From NCBI GenBank assembly GCA_043228905.1, contig JBHGNT010000010.1, forward strand, positions 19,592,001-19,656,000: a stretch of DNA of 64,000 bases, given 5' to 3'. Shown one piece after another: positions 21,761 to 31,900 of the stretch (positions within the stretch are counted from its first letter, which is position 1; the number at the start of each line of letters is the position of its first letter). The notes under the pieces are model-generated. The model searched no databases, had not been told where the DNA came from, and was given only the letters and a program-made list of their open reading frames with translations. The position numbers and the translations under genes were made by a program. This DNA comes from Azolla caroliniana (taxonomy: Eukaryota > Plantae > Polypodiophyta).

Positions 21761-23494
21761 GTCTGGAGCGGCATCGAGGAGCGAGTCGGGAACCGACCCG
21801 ACCGAAAGATGAGTCGGTCGGTAATCCGACCCGACCGGGAGGCGGAGCGGAAGAAGGGTGAAGCGGGGTCCGGTCAACTGGGCCCAAACCGAAGAAGAAC
21901 CGGCAAGGCCGGATTTGCGCGGACAAACATGTACCGGCCGGTTACGATTACGGAAGGGAGCCGACCAAACCGGAACTCGATCGTCCGAGACCAATCCGGG
22001 CGAAGGCTAAGTCGGCATGATTGGAGATCGGGGAGGACGGGTCACAACACACGACGAGAGCCGATGAGCGTATTGAGGAGGCCTAGTGGGCATGGTGATC
22101 GCGGCTTGCGAGAAGACCGAGAGCGAGAGGTACCTTCCACACCCATTCTAGAGACTTCGGCGGTTGCGGATCAACGTGAGACCGGAGAGATGACGGGTGG
22201 CGGCGAGGAGTCGGCGGCCGAAGCGGACAAAGTTATCGGAGCGGGTATCCGGTATGAGATGATGGACGAGCAGGTCCAAGATGGCGAGCCCGGGTCGGAA
22301 CAGGCTACGGTGACAAAGGAAGAAGTGGCCGACGCGGAGGTCGGGTCTACGGCGGATGAAGGGCGTAACACGAAGCATGCATTACGGTCAGTGAAGGGCC
22401 CAAGAACGAGCATGCATCCAAGAGAGCGTCAACGAGTGACCGGAAACGGTGGACCGATTGAGCCTTTGAAAGGCGAGGACTCGGTGGTGGACCGAGAGTG
22501 GGAGGAACCCTCCACACCTACCCGTGAGGCATCGGCGGTTGCGGATCAAAAGGAGAACGAAGAAACGGTGGGTGGCGGCGAGGAGTTGGAGACCGACGCG
22601 GAGGTCGGGTCTACGGCGGAAGCGCGACACGAGACGCATGTAATACGGCCGGTGGAGGGCCAAGACACAAGCATGCATATGGCGGATGGGCGACAACGAT
22701 TGACTGACGATGACGGTCGGGTCAAGCCTTCGAGAGGCAAGCGCGGGAGGAAGGACGGCGCGGCGAAACACCAAGATCGACGACATGGGCCGAGCGCGAT
22801 CGGCATAAGCAGAGAGTCGTATCTACGAAAACGGAGGAGGTGCGTGGAGAACGAAGGGCTACGCACCGGGAAGAGAAAACGCGGTGTCCCGAAGGACATG
22901 CGAGGCCAATTGGGCCAAGAGGGCGCGGGTCGAGGCGAAGCGGTAACGAGAGCCACGAAGAAGGACGAGGTGATGGCACGCTCTGTCGCGAGAGAGCACA
23001 GCGAACAACGGGGAAAGCCTACGGAAGGCAAGCGCAGAGCGGAGAGAGTTGGCACGCCGAGTTGCGCGGCACGCAAAGGGCGAAATCCGGCATGCGATCG
23101 GGAGCGCATCCGGAGGATATACGAGGCGGACAAAGGAAGAGCAACCGGGTCGGCGACGGCATTCGGGAGGACTAAACGGGGAGGAAAGCACGAGCATCGG
23201 ACACGGCGGGTTGGATGTAGCCGGTGGTTCAAGGACCCACAGTGGACGTGGCGGATCGGGTGGAGGCAACGACTCGGCGAACATCGTCGAGTGTGGCGGA
23301 TCGGATGGCGCCGACGGTTCGAGACCATTCGGCGAGGATGGTGGACCGGAAGGCGGCGGTGGTTCGTGTGGACGGGGTGGTCTTGCTCGAAGTGGAAGAC
23401 AAAACCGGGCGGGCCCACGAGGATGCTAGGGACTCGGTCGGTCGTCGTGTTCTCTCCCCTATGTTTTGGCACATACCGGTGGATGTGCGGTTAG
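21761..23494 (+). CDS. Element B ORF, C-terminal half (in frame with 8724-10550 once Copia C is removed)
   Basis: ...KAKGE|VWSGIEERV... joins in frame after one GAGAG TSD copy is removed. Stays open until it reaches the PPT. Confidence 0.6.
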   Translation, partial: VWSGIEERVGNRPDRKMSRSVIRPDREAERKKGEAGSGQLGPNRRRTGKAGFARTNMYRPVTITEGSRPNRNSIVRDQSGRRLSRHDWRSGRTGHNTRREPMSVLRRPSGHGDRGLREDREREVPSTPILETSAVADQRETGEMTGGGEESAAEADKVIGAGIRYEMMDEQVQDGEPGSEQATVTKEEVADAEVGSTADEGRNTKHALRSVKGPRTSMHPRERQRVTGNGGPIEPLKGEDSVVDREWEEPSTPTREASAVADQKENEETVGGGEELETDAEVGSTAEARHETHVIRPVEGQDTSMHMADGRQRLTDDDGRVKPSRGKRGRKDGAAKHQDRRHGPSAIGISRESYLRKRRRCVENEGLRTGKRKRGVPKDMRGQLGQEGAGRGEAVTRATKKDEVMARSVAREHSEQRGKPTEGKRRAERVGTPSCAARKGRNPACDRERIRRIYEADKGRATGSATAFGRTKRGGKHEHRTRRVGCSRWFKDPQWTWRIGWRQRLGEHRRVWRIGWRRRFETIRRGWWTGRRRWFVWTGWSCSKWKTKPGGPTRMLGTRSVVVFSPLCFGTYRWMCG

Positions 23495-24238
23495 GTGGGG
23501 GCGGATGTCGGGAAGATTTTCGTCCACAAGCGGAAACCCGAGCAACGAGAGCCAAAGAGCGATGTGCAACATTGCACACGTACATAATGTATTTGTAATA
23601 GTAATAAGGGTAAAGTGCATGGTGCTAGGAATGCCCCCATAAGATCCCTAAGGTATAAAGGTGATGTGGTCTTGTGCACACATCCATGCGAGAGAGAGAG
23701 AGAGAGGTATTATGCGGTACATAGGTACCTAGTTGTTTGTGAGGAGGTGGGAGTTAAGGGGCCATCAATCTCACCCTCCCCTAAATCAAGGCAAATATCC
23801 CCTTTGAATGAAAGGGGATATTTTAGTCTCACTTTTGTAAACGGTCTTCCCTCCTTGTGCTATAAAAGGAGAGAGAAGGCACCATTGTGGGGGTTGCCTA
23901 ATTTTGAGTGTGCGAGGTATACCACATAGGTCGAGCGTTAGGGTTAGGGTTAGGGTTTCTTTATCTTTATCTTTATCTTCATCTTCGTCGGTTAGGGTTT
24001 CGAGTAGTCGTTTGGTGCGGCCTACGCCTGCCACCATTTTTGTAATCGTTCACTTCGTTTTAATATATCTTGTTGATCATCTTGTCTCCATCTTCCTCTT
24101 GTTCAATCTAATCTCTTGTTCATTCTTCTTCTTCTTGAGCAAAGCTTCCATTCCATGTCCGATTCCTTCTCCTCTACTCCTTAGTCCAAGACCCCTGTGG
24201 TCCCGCCCTTCGCCACACACGCGCGTAGCAACGCGACA

Positions 24239-24932
24239 ACGCGCAACACCGACTCAACGCATGCCTATGTACAGAAAAGGGGAAGAACAAAAACACACGC
24301 AACACTAACAAAGACACAGATGTGCACAACTTCTTATGAATGTATATACAAGACCACGAAATTAAAACGCCAGTTCCAGTCCAGTAATGAACATATACAG
24401 TAGTCGTCTACAGGCAAGCACTAGTCGGGGAGCACTCGGGCTCGCCTATGAGAGTGGAAGCCTTGCACTAAAGACGGGCCTTCTTACCGAAGTGCAGCAG
24501 TTGTATGCTGCCAAGCCGCTAGTCGGGGAGCACTTGGGCTCGCCTACGCGAGTGGGGTTTTGCACAGGAGACAGAGCTACGAACAGAAACCCTTAGAGCA
24601 TACGAGCTCTAAACCGGACTAAACCCTAACCAAGAAGGGAGATAGAAACCCTAAACTGTCACTCCAAGAAGAACACCCAAAAGAAAGAAGAAAAAGAAAG
24701 CTACCAAACCCTAGATCTAACGGTATACCCTTCTAACTCAAAATGGGCAACCCCTTATAAGGGCCCCTTCCTTTCCTTTTATAGCCCACGGAGGGAAGGA
24801 TGTTACAATGTGGGATAAATATCCCCTTGTTTTTTTATACACATTTTCGAATGTACATGTGCACACGGTGCACATTGCCTACTTTGCCCATTCCACCCGG
24901 TTTTCTCATTGTGGCCGGGAATCTTCATGACA
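24239..24932 (-). mobile_element. Part of an older related gypsy LTR (E) that hosts A and B; continues at 7792-7863
   Basis: Minus-strand start TGTCATGAAGATT resembles the A/B LTR start TGTCGTGAAG. Contains TATA-like motifs, AAACCCTA boxes and a short internal duplication (24419-24452 / 24516-24549). The other end is not in the window. Confidence 0.6.
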
Positions 24933-25547
24933 ACATCATGAATAGTTTATACACGAAAAAATGTTAAGAATAAACTATGTCTTTGTGCCCACCCATGTGG
25001 TTTCAGCTCTTTACGTCCTATTACGAGGACCCCGAAGTGCACCTAGACCTAAAGTCTAAAGATATTTTATAGTCATATTGTGGTGTGCATGTATGCCTTT
25101 GTGCCACTCTTTTAGCACACCCTTTTTAGGATGCATGTACCTAAGCCGACCCACCCTTTTAGCATACCCTTTTAAGCTAAGCCAACCCAAATGGGTACCT
25201 TTGTATAAACTATAAATTGAGTAAGAAGTAAGAAGCTAACGAGACTGGTTTTGATCTCTTATGTGCATTTCACAATATGTGTCGATAATGTTGTATAGCC
25301 TTGGTCATATTTGAACTCGATTTTTTCATGGAAGCTCCCCAAGGCTCAACCATGTATGTTCACGTCATGAATAGTTTATACACGAAAAAATGTTAACAAT
25401 AAATTATGTCTTTGTGCCCACCCATGTGGTTTCGGCTCTTTAAGTCCTATTACGAGGACCCCGAAGTGCACTTAGACCTAAAGTCTAAAAATATTTTATA
25501 GTCATATGTATCAATAATGTTGTATAACCTTGGTCATATTTGAAATC
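24933..25547. repeat. Local direct duplication: ~145 bp at 24933-25078 and 25362-25507, plus ~40 bp at 25279-25318 and 25508-25547
   Basis: TCATGAATAGTTTATACACGAAAAAATGTTAA...TTTTATAGTCATAT occurs twice. Confidence 0.85.
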
Positions 25548-26060
25548 AAGACCTCAAGAACATATACACTAAACACTTGAACCAACCAAATGGTTTGCTC
25601 CTTTTGAATGTTTAATATTTATACGTATGAGATATGTTAGGGCATTTGCCCATATATGTTTTTTCTAAAAGAAAACATGTGTTTGGAATCCTTCATTCTC
25701 CCTCATTAACAACAAAACTATGTTGCTACATTACCCAACCTCAAGTCTCATCATTACGATGGCATACCCCAAAGTGCAACCTACGCCTTTCTCACAAAAA
25801 ATCTGAGGATGGCCACCATGTTCCTTTCCTCGAAAAGGACAACCTTTGATATACCAATATCACGTAATAAATACTAATATACACATATATATGTTTATCA
25901 CATGTATATGATCAAATACGTATACACTTAGTGATTACATATGCATATATTAAAGAATCATTAACATAACATAGCCTACGAATGATGTAATCGAGATAGG
26001 TTATCAAGGCATATAGCCTTTACGCACATGAAATATCCAAAGTAAGGGTGAACGTATTAT

Positions 26061-26260
26061 GCAATCGAGGTATTGACTTCTTACACATACGACATTGATC
26101 GCATATCAAACACATGATAATTGAGGTATTGACCTCATACGCATACATAACATATATATGTGAACGTAATAGGCAATTGGGGTATTAACCTCTTACGCAT
26201 ATGACACAAATTGTATATCAAATACATAGCAATTGAGGTATTGACCTCATACGCATACAT
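26061..26260. repeat. 56-bp-period array of 4 units with palindromic core TGAGGT-ATTG-ACCTCA
   Basis: Units start at 26061, 26117, 26173 and 26229 and alternate in an A/B pattern. Confidence 0.8.
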
Positions 26261-27452
26261 ATGTAGGTTTTATACAACCAAACATTTACCACTACAACAT
26301 ATTTTAATGATTGAGATTAATACATCTGACTCCGATATAATATTCATCTATGCTTACTAGCGCTAGACTCACATATGTTATTCACATGATAAATATCTTC
26401 ACTAAACAAAATATGGGTGTACTAGGAGTTTGAACATTTTCTAAATTTAACTTTTTGTAGTATGTCGCCCCTTCTTGTTAACATAGTCTTTGTCACCCTT
26501 GAATCATTGTTTATGCCAACTCAATCATCACTTCCTTTTCAAATCCTTACTCCTAGACTTTAGTTTACTGTCCTTTGAAGTCATCCATAAGATTGATCAT
26601 CTAAAGTTGTGAGGTCTTTGCATGATTTGAACAATGACAAATGGCTATTAGTATCATAATACTAACCTTTTACATATCTACATATGTTTCCTAACAAGTT
26701 TATAAGATTGTGTTGTGTAGAGTCACTTTGATATTGTAGAGTAAGTCAAACAAGCATGGTAAAGCATAAAGTGAAAAAGTGTTATTTATAAAATTACCTT
26801 TGATTATTACATTTAATGGTTATGGTTTCACAAGCTTGCATTAAGAGGTCCCTCATTGTTTTGGCATAATCTTTGACAAGCTATGTATTTTGTCTTTCTT
26901 AATTAGGGGTCGTACATTTCATTTATGTCTTGAAATACTTAAGAACCGCATCTTTGAAGTCACTGTAAGAAGTATAGAGGACCAAAAATTAATTCCAAGT
27001 TCGCAACGACGATCCGAGCGATGGCGGGAGCAAACGCAGCGGAACAGGGCGCGCAGACATGGCGTGCAGGAGCAGGAGCAGGTGCACGCTGAGGAACGCG
27101 CGCGCTGCCCAACAGAGCAAGAGGCGCCAACTGTTGTCCAGGCCGTCACACTGGAGAACTGCAGGTAATAAGCAGCAGAGCGTTGGCGGGAGCAAACGCA
27201 GCAGAGCGCGGAGTGGGAGCAGCAGAAAAAGGCGAGCAGGAGCAGGAGTAGGTGCACACTGAGGAACACGCGCGCTGTCCAACAGAGTAAGAGGAGGAGC
27301 ACAACGCCAATTGTTGTCCAGGTACTCTCACACACAATCCTCCCTCCCTCCCCCAACCAGAAAACGCAAAGTAACACATTAAAAAACACAAAACAAAGGG
27401 GGAAGGGAAGAACAACACATACAACCTAGGCTCGCAAGACACATAACTCGCT

Positions 27453-28922
27453 ATGATGGGAGGAATCGAGCTTCCACCAGCGCCCAGTTTGCTTGATGAA
27501 GAAGGTGGATCAGATCTCACCATTACCCTGTCCCCCGAGGCTAACCGTGTCTTAGCGGAAGAAATCGAACGCCTACGGCGTACCTCCTTCGTATGTAGGT
27601 TTCTGGCAGGTAGACCAAGTCGGGGCATGGTTCGGGACATGTTTCAGGTGGCTGTGTTGGAGAACATGCCGGTAATCAAGAGTGTCAGGGGTTTAGGGAA
27701 AAACTTCTTCCACATTGAATTAGGTAATGACTCGCTGGCGCAACCATTGGTCGAGCTCAAGGTACTTGAACTGAAGTACGGCAAGGTGTTGCTCCAACCA
27801 TGGTCACCAGGGTTCAATCCGATCGAAGAGTTACGGAAACTCAACAACCCTAGGGTGATCACCGCAACATTTCCTGGCCTCCCTCCACATTTGTACCATC
27901 TGCTCCCTCTTTTTGGCGAACAAGTAGGGATGATATGCCCTCAAAAAGCGTCAATGGCAGACACAGTCGCGGAGGTGCCCAAGTTGCGTATCTTGGTGCC
28001 TTCCCTCCATGGACTTCCATCAAGGATTAGACTCTACTCTGAGGAGTTAGGCCTCACAGTGGTAAAAGTGGTTTATGAGGGACTCCCGGGGTAGTGTTTC
28101 ATTCGCAAACAGACAGGACACCTAGCTAAGGAGTGTCCTCGTAAGATTGGAAAGGGAAGCTCGGGACCACGACCCTCGGGCAAAGTCGGGACAACCAAGG
28201 GTGAAGAAGCTCCTTGGCTACCTGTTAAGAAGAAGGGGAAACTTGGAGGCCTAGGTGCCTCCTCTCCCGCCCTTTTTCATGACCACCCCCTTGAAAGAAG
28301 TCCTGCCACCTTGTCACCAGCAAGTGTGGACGAGCAACCCTTGAAACGAGTAAAGATCCTCTCCGGGAGTGCCAAGGCACCCGACCTACAGGTGAGAGCT
28401 ACCAACAGATTTACACTTCTTCAAGGGTTAGGGGATGGCGACCCAGCAGCGTTGGTAGCAATGTTGTCCCCGTGCGACTCCTCACGCCTTCCCCCGCGGG
28501 AGCCCGAACTCGTGTTCTCCACCCCGATGGAGATGCAACCCCAACTTGTACCGTCCACCCCGGAAGAGAAGTTGGCACAACCCCCCCTCCCGTTGGAACG
28601 TGAATGTGGTAGTGGCCTCAGATTAGTGAAATCGTGGATCCGGACGGGCAAGCTCAAGGACAAAGAAAAGGGTAAGATAGGAAGACCAACACCTGGTTTG
28701 GCGACGACTCTATTAGATAGAGGGATGCAAGTTGTGCCACCGCTTCAGAGCACGAATGTATCGCGGGATCTATTTGAAGCGGGTCGGGAACGACCGGCTG
28801 AGAATCTTGTAGGGGATTTGCAGCCTGCAGTGGAGACCATACCCCCCGAAACAGGTGTTAGTTTGCCCCATGACATGGGGATCGGCCCGAACATGGGCGC
28901 CAACGTCACCGTTTTCGGATGA
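27453..28922 (+). pseudogene. LINE ORF1 (DUF4283/RRM-like region plus zinc knuckle) with one premature stop
   Basis: 'LGKNFFHIEL', 'LLQPWSPGF', 'FPGLPPHLY', 'VVYEGLPG*CFIRKQTGHLAKEC'. ORFs 27453..28094 and 28311..28922 share a frame and the segment between them is open. Confidence 0.88.
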
Positions 28923-31900
28923 GGATCCTAACGTGGAATGTACAGGGCCTTGGTGGAGGCCGACAACACCAAGAGTGTAGAAGACTTCAGGAGGAGTTGA
29001 ATCCCCTTAATATAGGGGGCCATATTGACATATTGCTTTTGCAGGAACACCACCTCTCGCAAGAGCGAACTCAGAGCTTAGTAAACCCCTTGTCGGGTGG
29101 GTGGACCACATGGTGGTCGGCTGCGCAGGGTGACCTCCACCGAAGAGGAGGGGTCTGCATCTCGATCAGCGATAAGGCCCGATACGAAGTAACATCATCT
29201 GGCACGCTGGTGGAGGGTCGGGCCTTATACGTGCTTCTGAAATGGAATCGCCTACAGATTGGGGTGCTAAACATTTATGCCCCTAACTCAGCCCCCGAGA
29301 GAGCAATCTTTTGGAGGATGCTAGCGACAACATTACCTAATGTCGAGGCTTGGGTAATGGCAGGTGATTTCAACATGACTGAACACATGGGAGATAGGAA
29401 AGGAGGGACCCAGAGGCCTATTTATGGTGCGGAGCTGGATTCATGGGCTTTCCTAATTGGCAAAATCGGGGTGAAGGATACATGGGGCTCTTCCCTTAGG
29501 CGAAGCTCACATTCGCTGCACTTTTCTAGAGCCGCCGGGAATGCTAGGGGCGGTAGTCTTGCACGGCTAGACCGCATATACATCAGCTCATCCCTCGAAG
29601 AGCTCGGGGGCTCCTTTGCTATCTTGGCAGGCCTTACCTTTTCAGATCATCAACCGGTGAGACTAGACCTTAACCCACCCAACGATAGCAAGGGCAGTCT
29701 CAATGTAAAGATCCCCATAAAGATCATGAAGAGTGAAGAGGTGAAGGCCGGTTTACAGAGTATATGGCAGGACACCATGGGCAGTGAATCAGCCAGCGAA
29801 GATCTGCAGAAAAAATTGGCCCTCTCCTCCTCCTTTTTACAAGAAGAGACCAAGCGCGCCCTCCAACAGGTTAGAGCCATTGAAACAAAATTAAGGAAGG
29901 CCGTTGCGGCAGCGCAACGGCTGTTACAGGTAGACCCTGGTTGCAAATGGTCTAGAGCTAAACTAGAGGAAGCAAAGATGAAGGTACATGAAAGGACTTT
30001 GGAGAAGAACCGAATGTTGTTTCGAAGAAACGCAGCATGGTGGGCTAGAAAAGACGACAAGGTCAACCGACATTTCTTTCACTACAAGGCACCCAAGGGT
30101 GGTGGTGGACGTATACACGGGCTGCAAAAACCAGACAACTCAATAACGGAGGACAAGACTGAGGTTCTGGAAATGGCAACACAATACTATCGTGACCTCC
30201 TCGCACCTATGCATGTGCGGCAAAACTCGGAGCTGGCTGATCGAGTGATGTCTTGCATTCACCCCAAGGTAACCCAAGAGATGGAAGTTGTGCTCGATAG
30301 TCCCATCTCTCGTTTAGAGCTCTCGGAGGCACTTAGGGGATTGCGAAGGGGTGCATGCCCCAGTCCCGATGGTCTCTCACGAGATTTCTTCGAGATTCAT
30401 TGGGAATGTGTTATCCCGTCCTTGGAAGCCGGGTTCCAAGAGATTTGGTCCTCAGGAAAGATGCCGATTGGTCTGGCTGAGGGGATGATATATCTCATCC
30501 CCAAATCCCAAGAGCGAAGCCTAGAGTTGCGCCAATGGCGTCCAATCACGATCCTTAACACGGCATACAAGATACTCGCTAAAGTCCTAGCTCAGCGATT
30601 AGCAAGCTTCTTACCGGACATCATACACGACAATCAAACTGGGTTTGTCAAGAACAGGTGTATCTTTGATAATGTGTTGCTTCTTTGGGAAGCTATGGCA
30701 TTGGCCGGTCGCTCCATATCGAGCTCGGCTATTCTGATGCTAGACTTCGAGAAGGCCTACGATAGGGTGTTATGGCCCTTTTTGGAAAATGTGATGAGAG
30801 CTTTGGGCCTACCTCAAAAATGGAGGAATTGCACTTCTGCACTCTATCGGACAGCTACGAGTAGCGTGCTGATGGCTGGATCTAGGGGACCCGCCTTCCA
30901 ACTACAACGCTCAGTGAGGCAAGGTTGTCCCCTAGCCCCATATCTCTATCTCTTTATAACCGAGGCTTTCTCCGCCTACTTACAAGCACCAACTAGCGGG
31001 TTGCGGGGATTGCCCATCCCCAATGCGACTGAAGATTTGTTGTTATCTGAATATGCCGACGATACGGTTCTTTTCTTGCAAGGTGATGAGGAGAATTTAC
31101 AGCGGGCTGAACATCTTGTCGAGGACTTTTGTCAGGCGGCTGGTGCCAAGATCAATTGGAATAAAACCCAAGGTCTATGGTTCAGCGAACAGGAGACACC
31201 AAGATGGCAACCCCATGCCGATTTTACGTGGGTCCCTAGTGGGACGACTTTCAAGTACCTTGGATTTACGATGGGGAGGTCAATCCCCAAGGGAGCGCAA
31301 TTGGCCCACGTACAAGCCAAAATAAGTAAGAAGCTGAACCAGTGGAGTAGATCTAAATTGTCCTTCGCTGGTAGGGTCCTTGTGGCGAACCAAGTGCTGC
31401 TCGCTACCATGTGGCACTCAGTCTCATGCTGGATTATGGACCCTGCAGGTTTGCACGCGATTAAGGCTGCCATTAGGGGGTTTATATGGTCAGGTAAGGA
31501 CAACCCAAGGGCTGCCGCCAGAGTCTCATGGTGTTGGTTAACGCAACCGCGGGCCAAAGGGGGGCTTGGCCTCATAGACCCCTTAATGCAGAGTCGTGCA
31601 TTGCTGGCTAAAATGGTGGTTCGCTGCCTCCTGCCAGGTAAGGGGTGCTGGAAGGTACTTCTTCGCAACAGGCTACAAGTAGGGACTCCCAAGTATGGTA
31701 GGCCTTGGCCCGACTCCTTGAATTGGTGTTGCACGAGTGGAGTCCCACCCAGGCTGGCTTGCCATCCGGAGGATAGGGTCACGAACTCCATCTTGCGGGC
31801 ATGGTGCCATATACGACAGCATTTGGTCAAGCACACCCCGGAGACATTGACCGAATGGACTAGACAGCCACTATTCTGGAATCCTCATGTGCGAACGAAT

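Larger units (their letters stand above)
7864..24238 (+). mobile_element. Non-autonomous gypsy-type LTR element B (no pol), interrupted by Copia C; LTRs 7864-8593 and 23506-24238
   Basis: 730/733-bp LTRs at about 98% identity. PBS TGGTGAACCCGACGTGAA at 8684-8701. PPT 23489-23505. ACGC direct repeat at 7860-7863 and 24239-24242. Confidence 0.92.

Noticed and set aside
22546-23472. 308-aa antisense ORF, and similar overlapping ORFs throughout 1.5-23.5 kb
   Set aside because: Shadow ORFs of GC-rich TE sequence with no recognisable motifs.
26061-26260. CRISPR array
   Set aside because: Eukaryotic context, no cas genes, and the 'spacers' are related to each other (tandem dimer).
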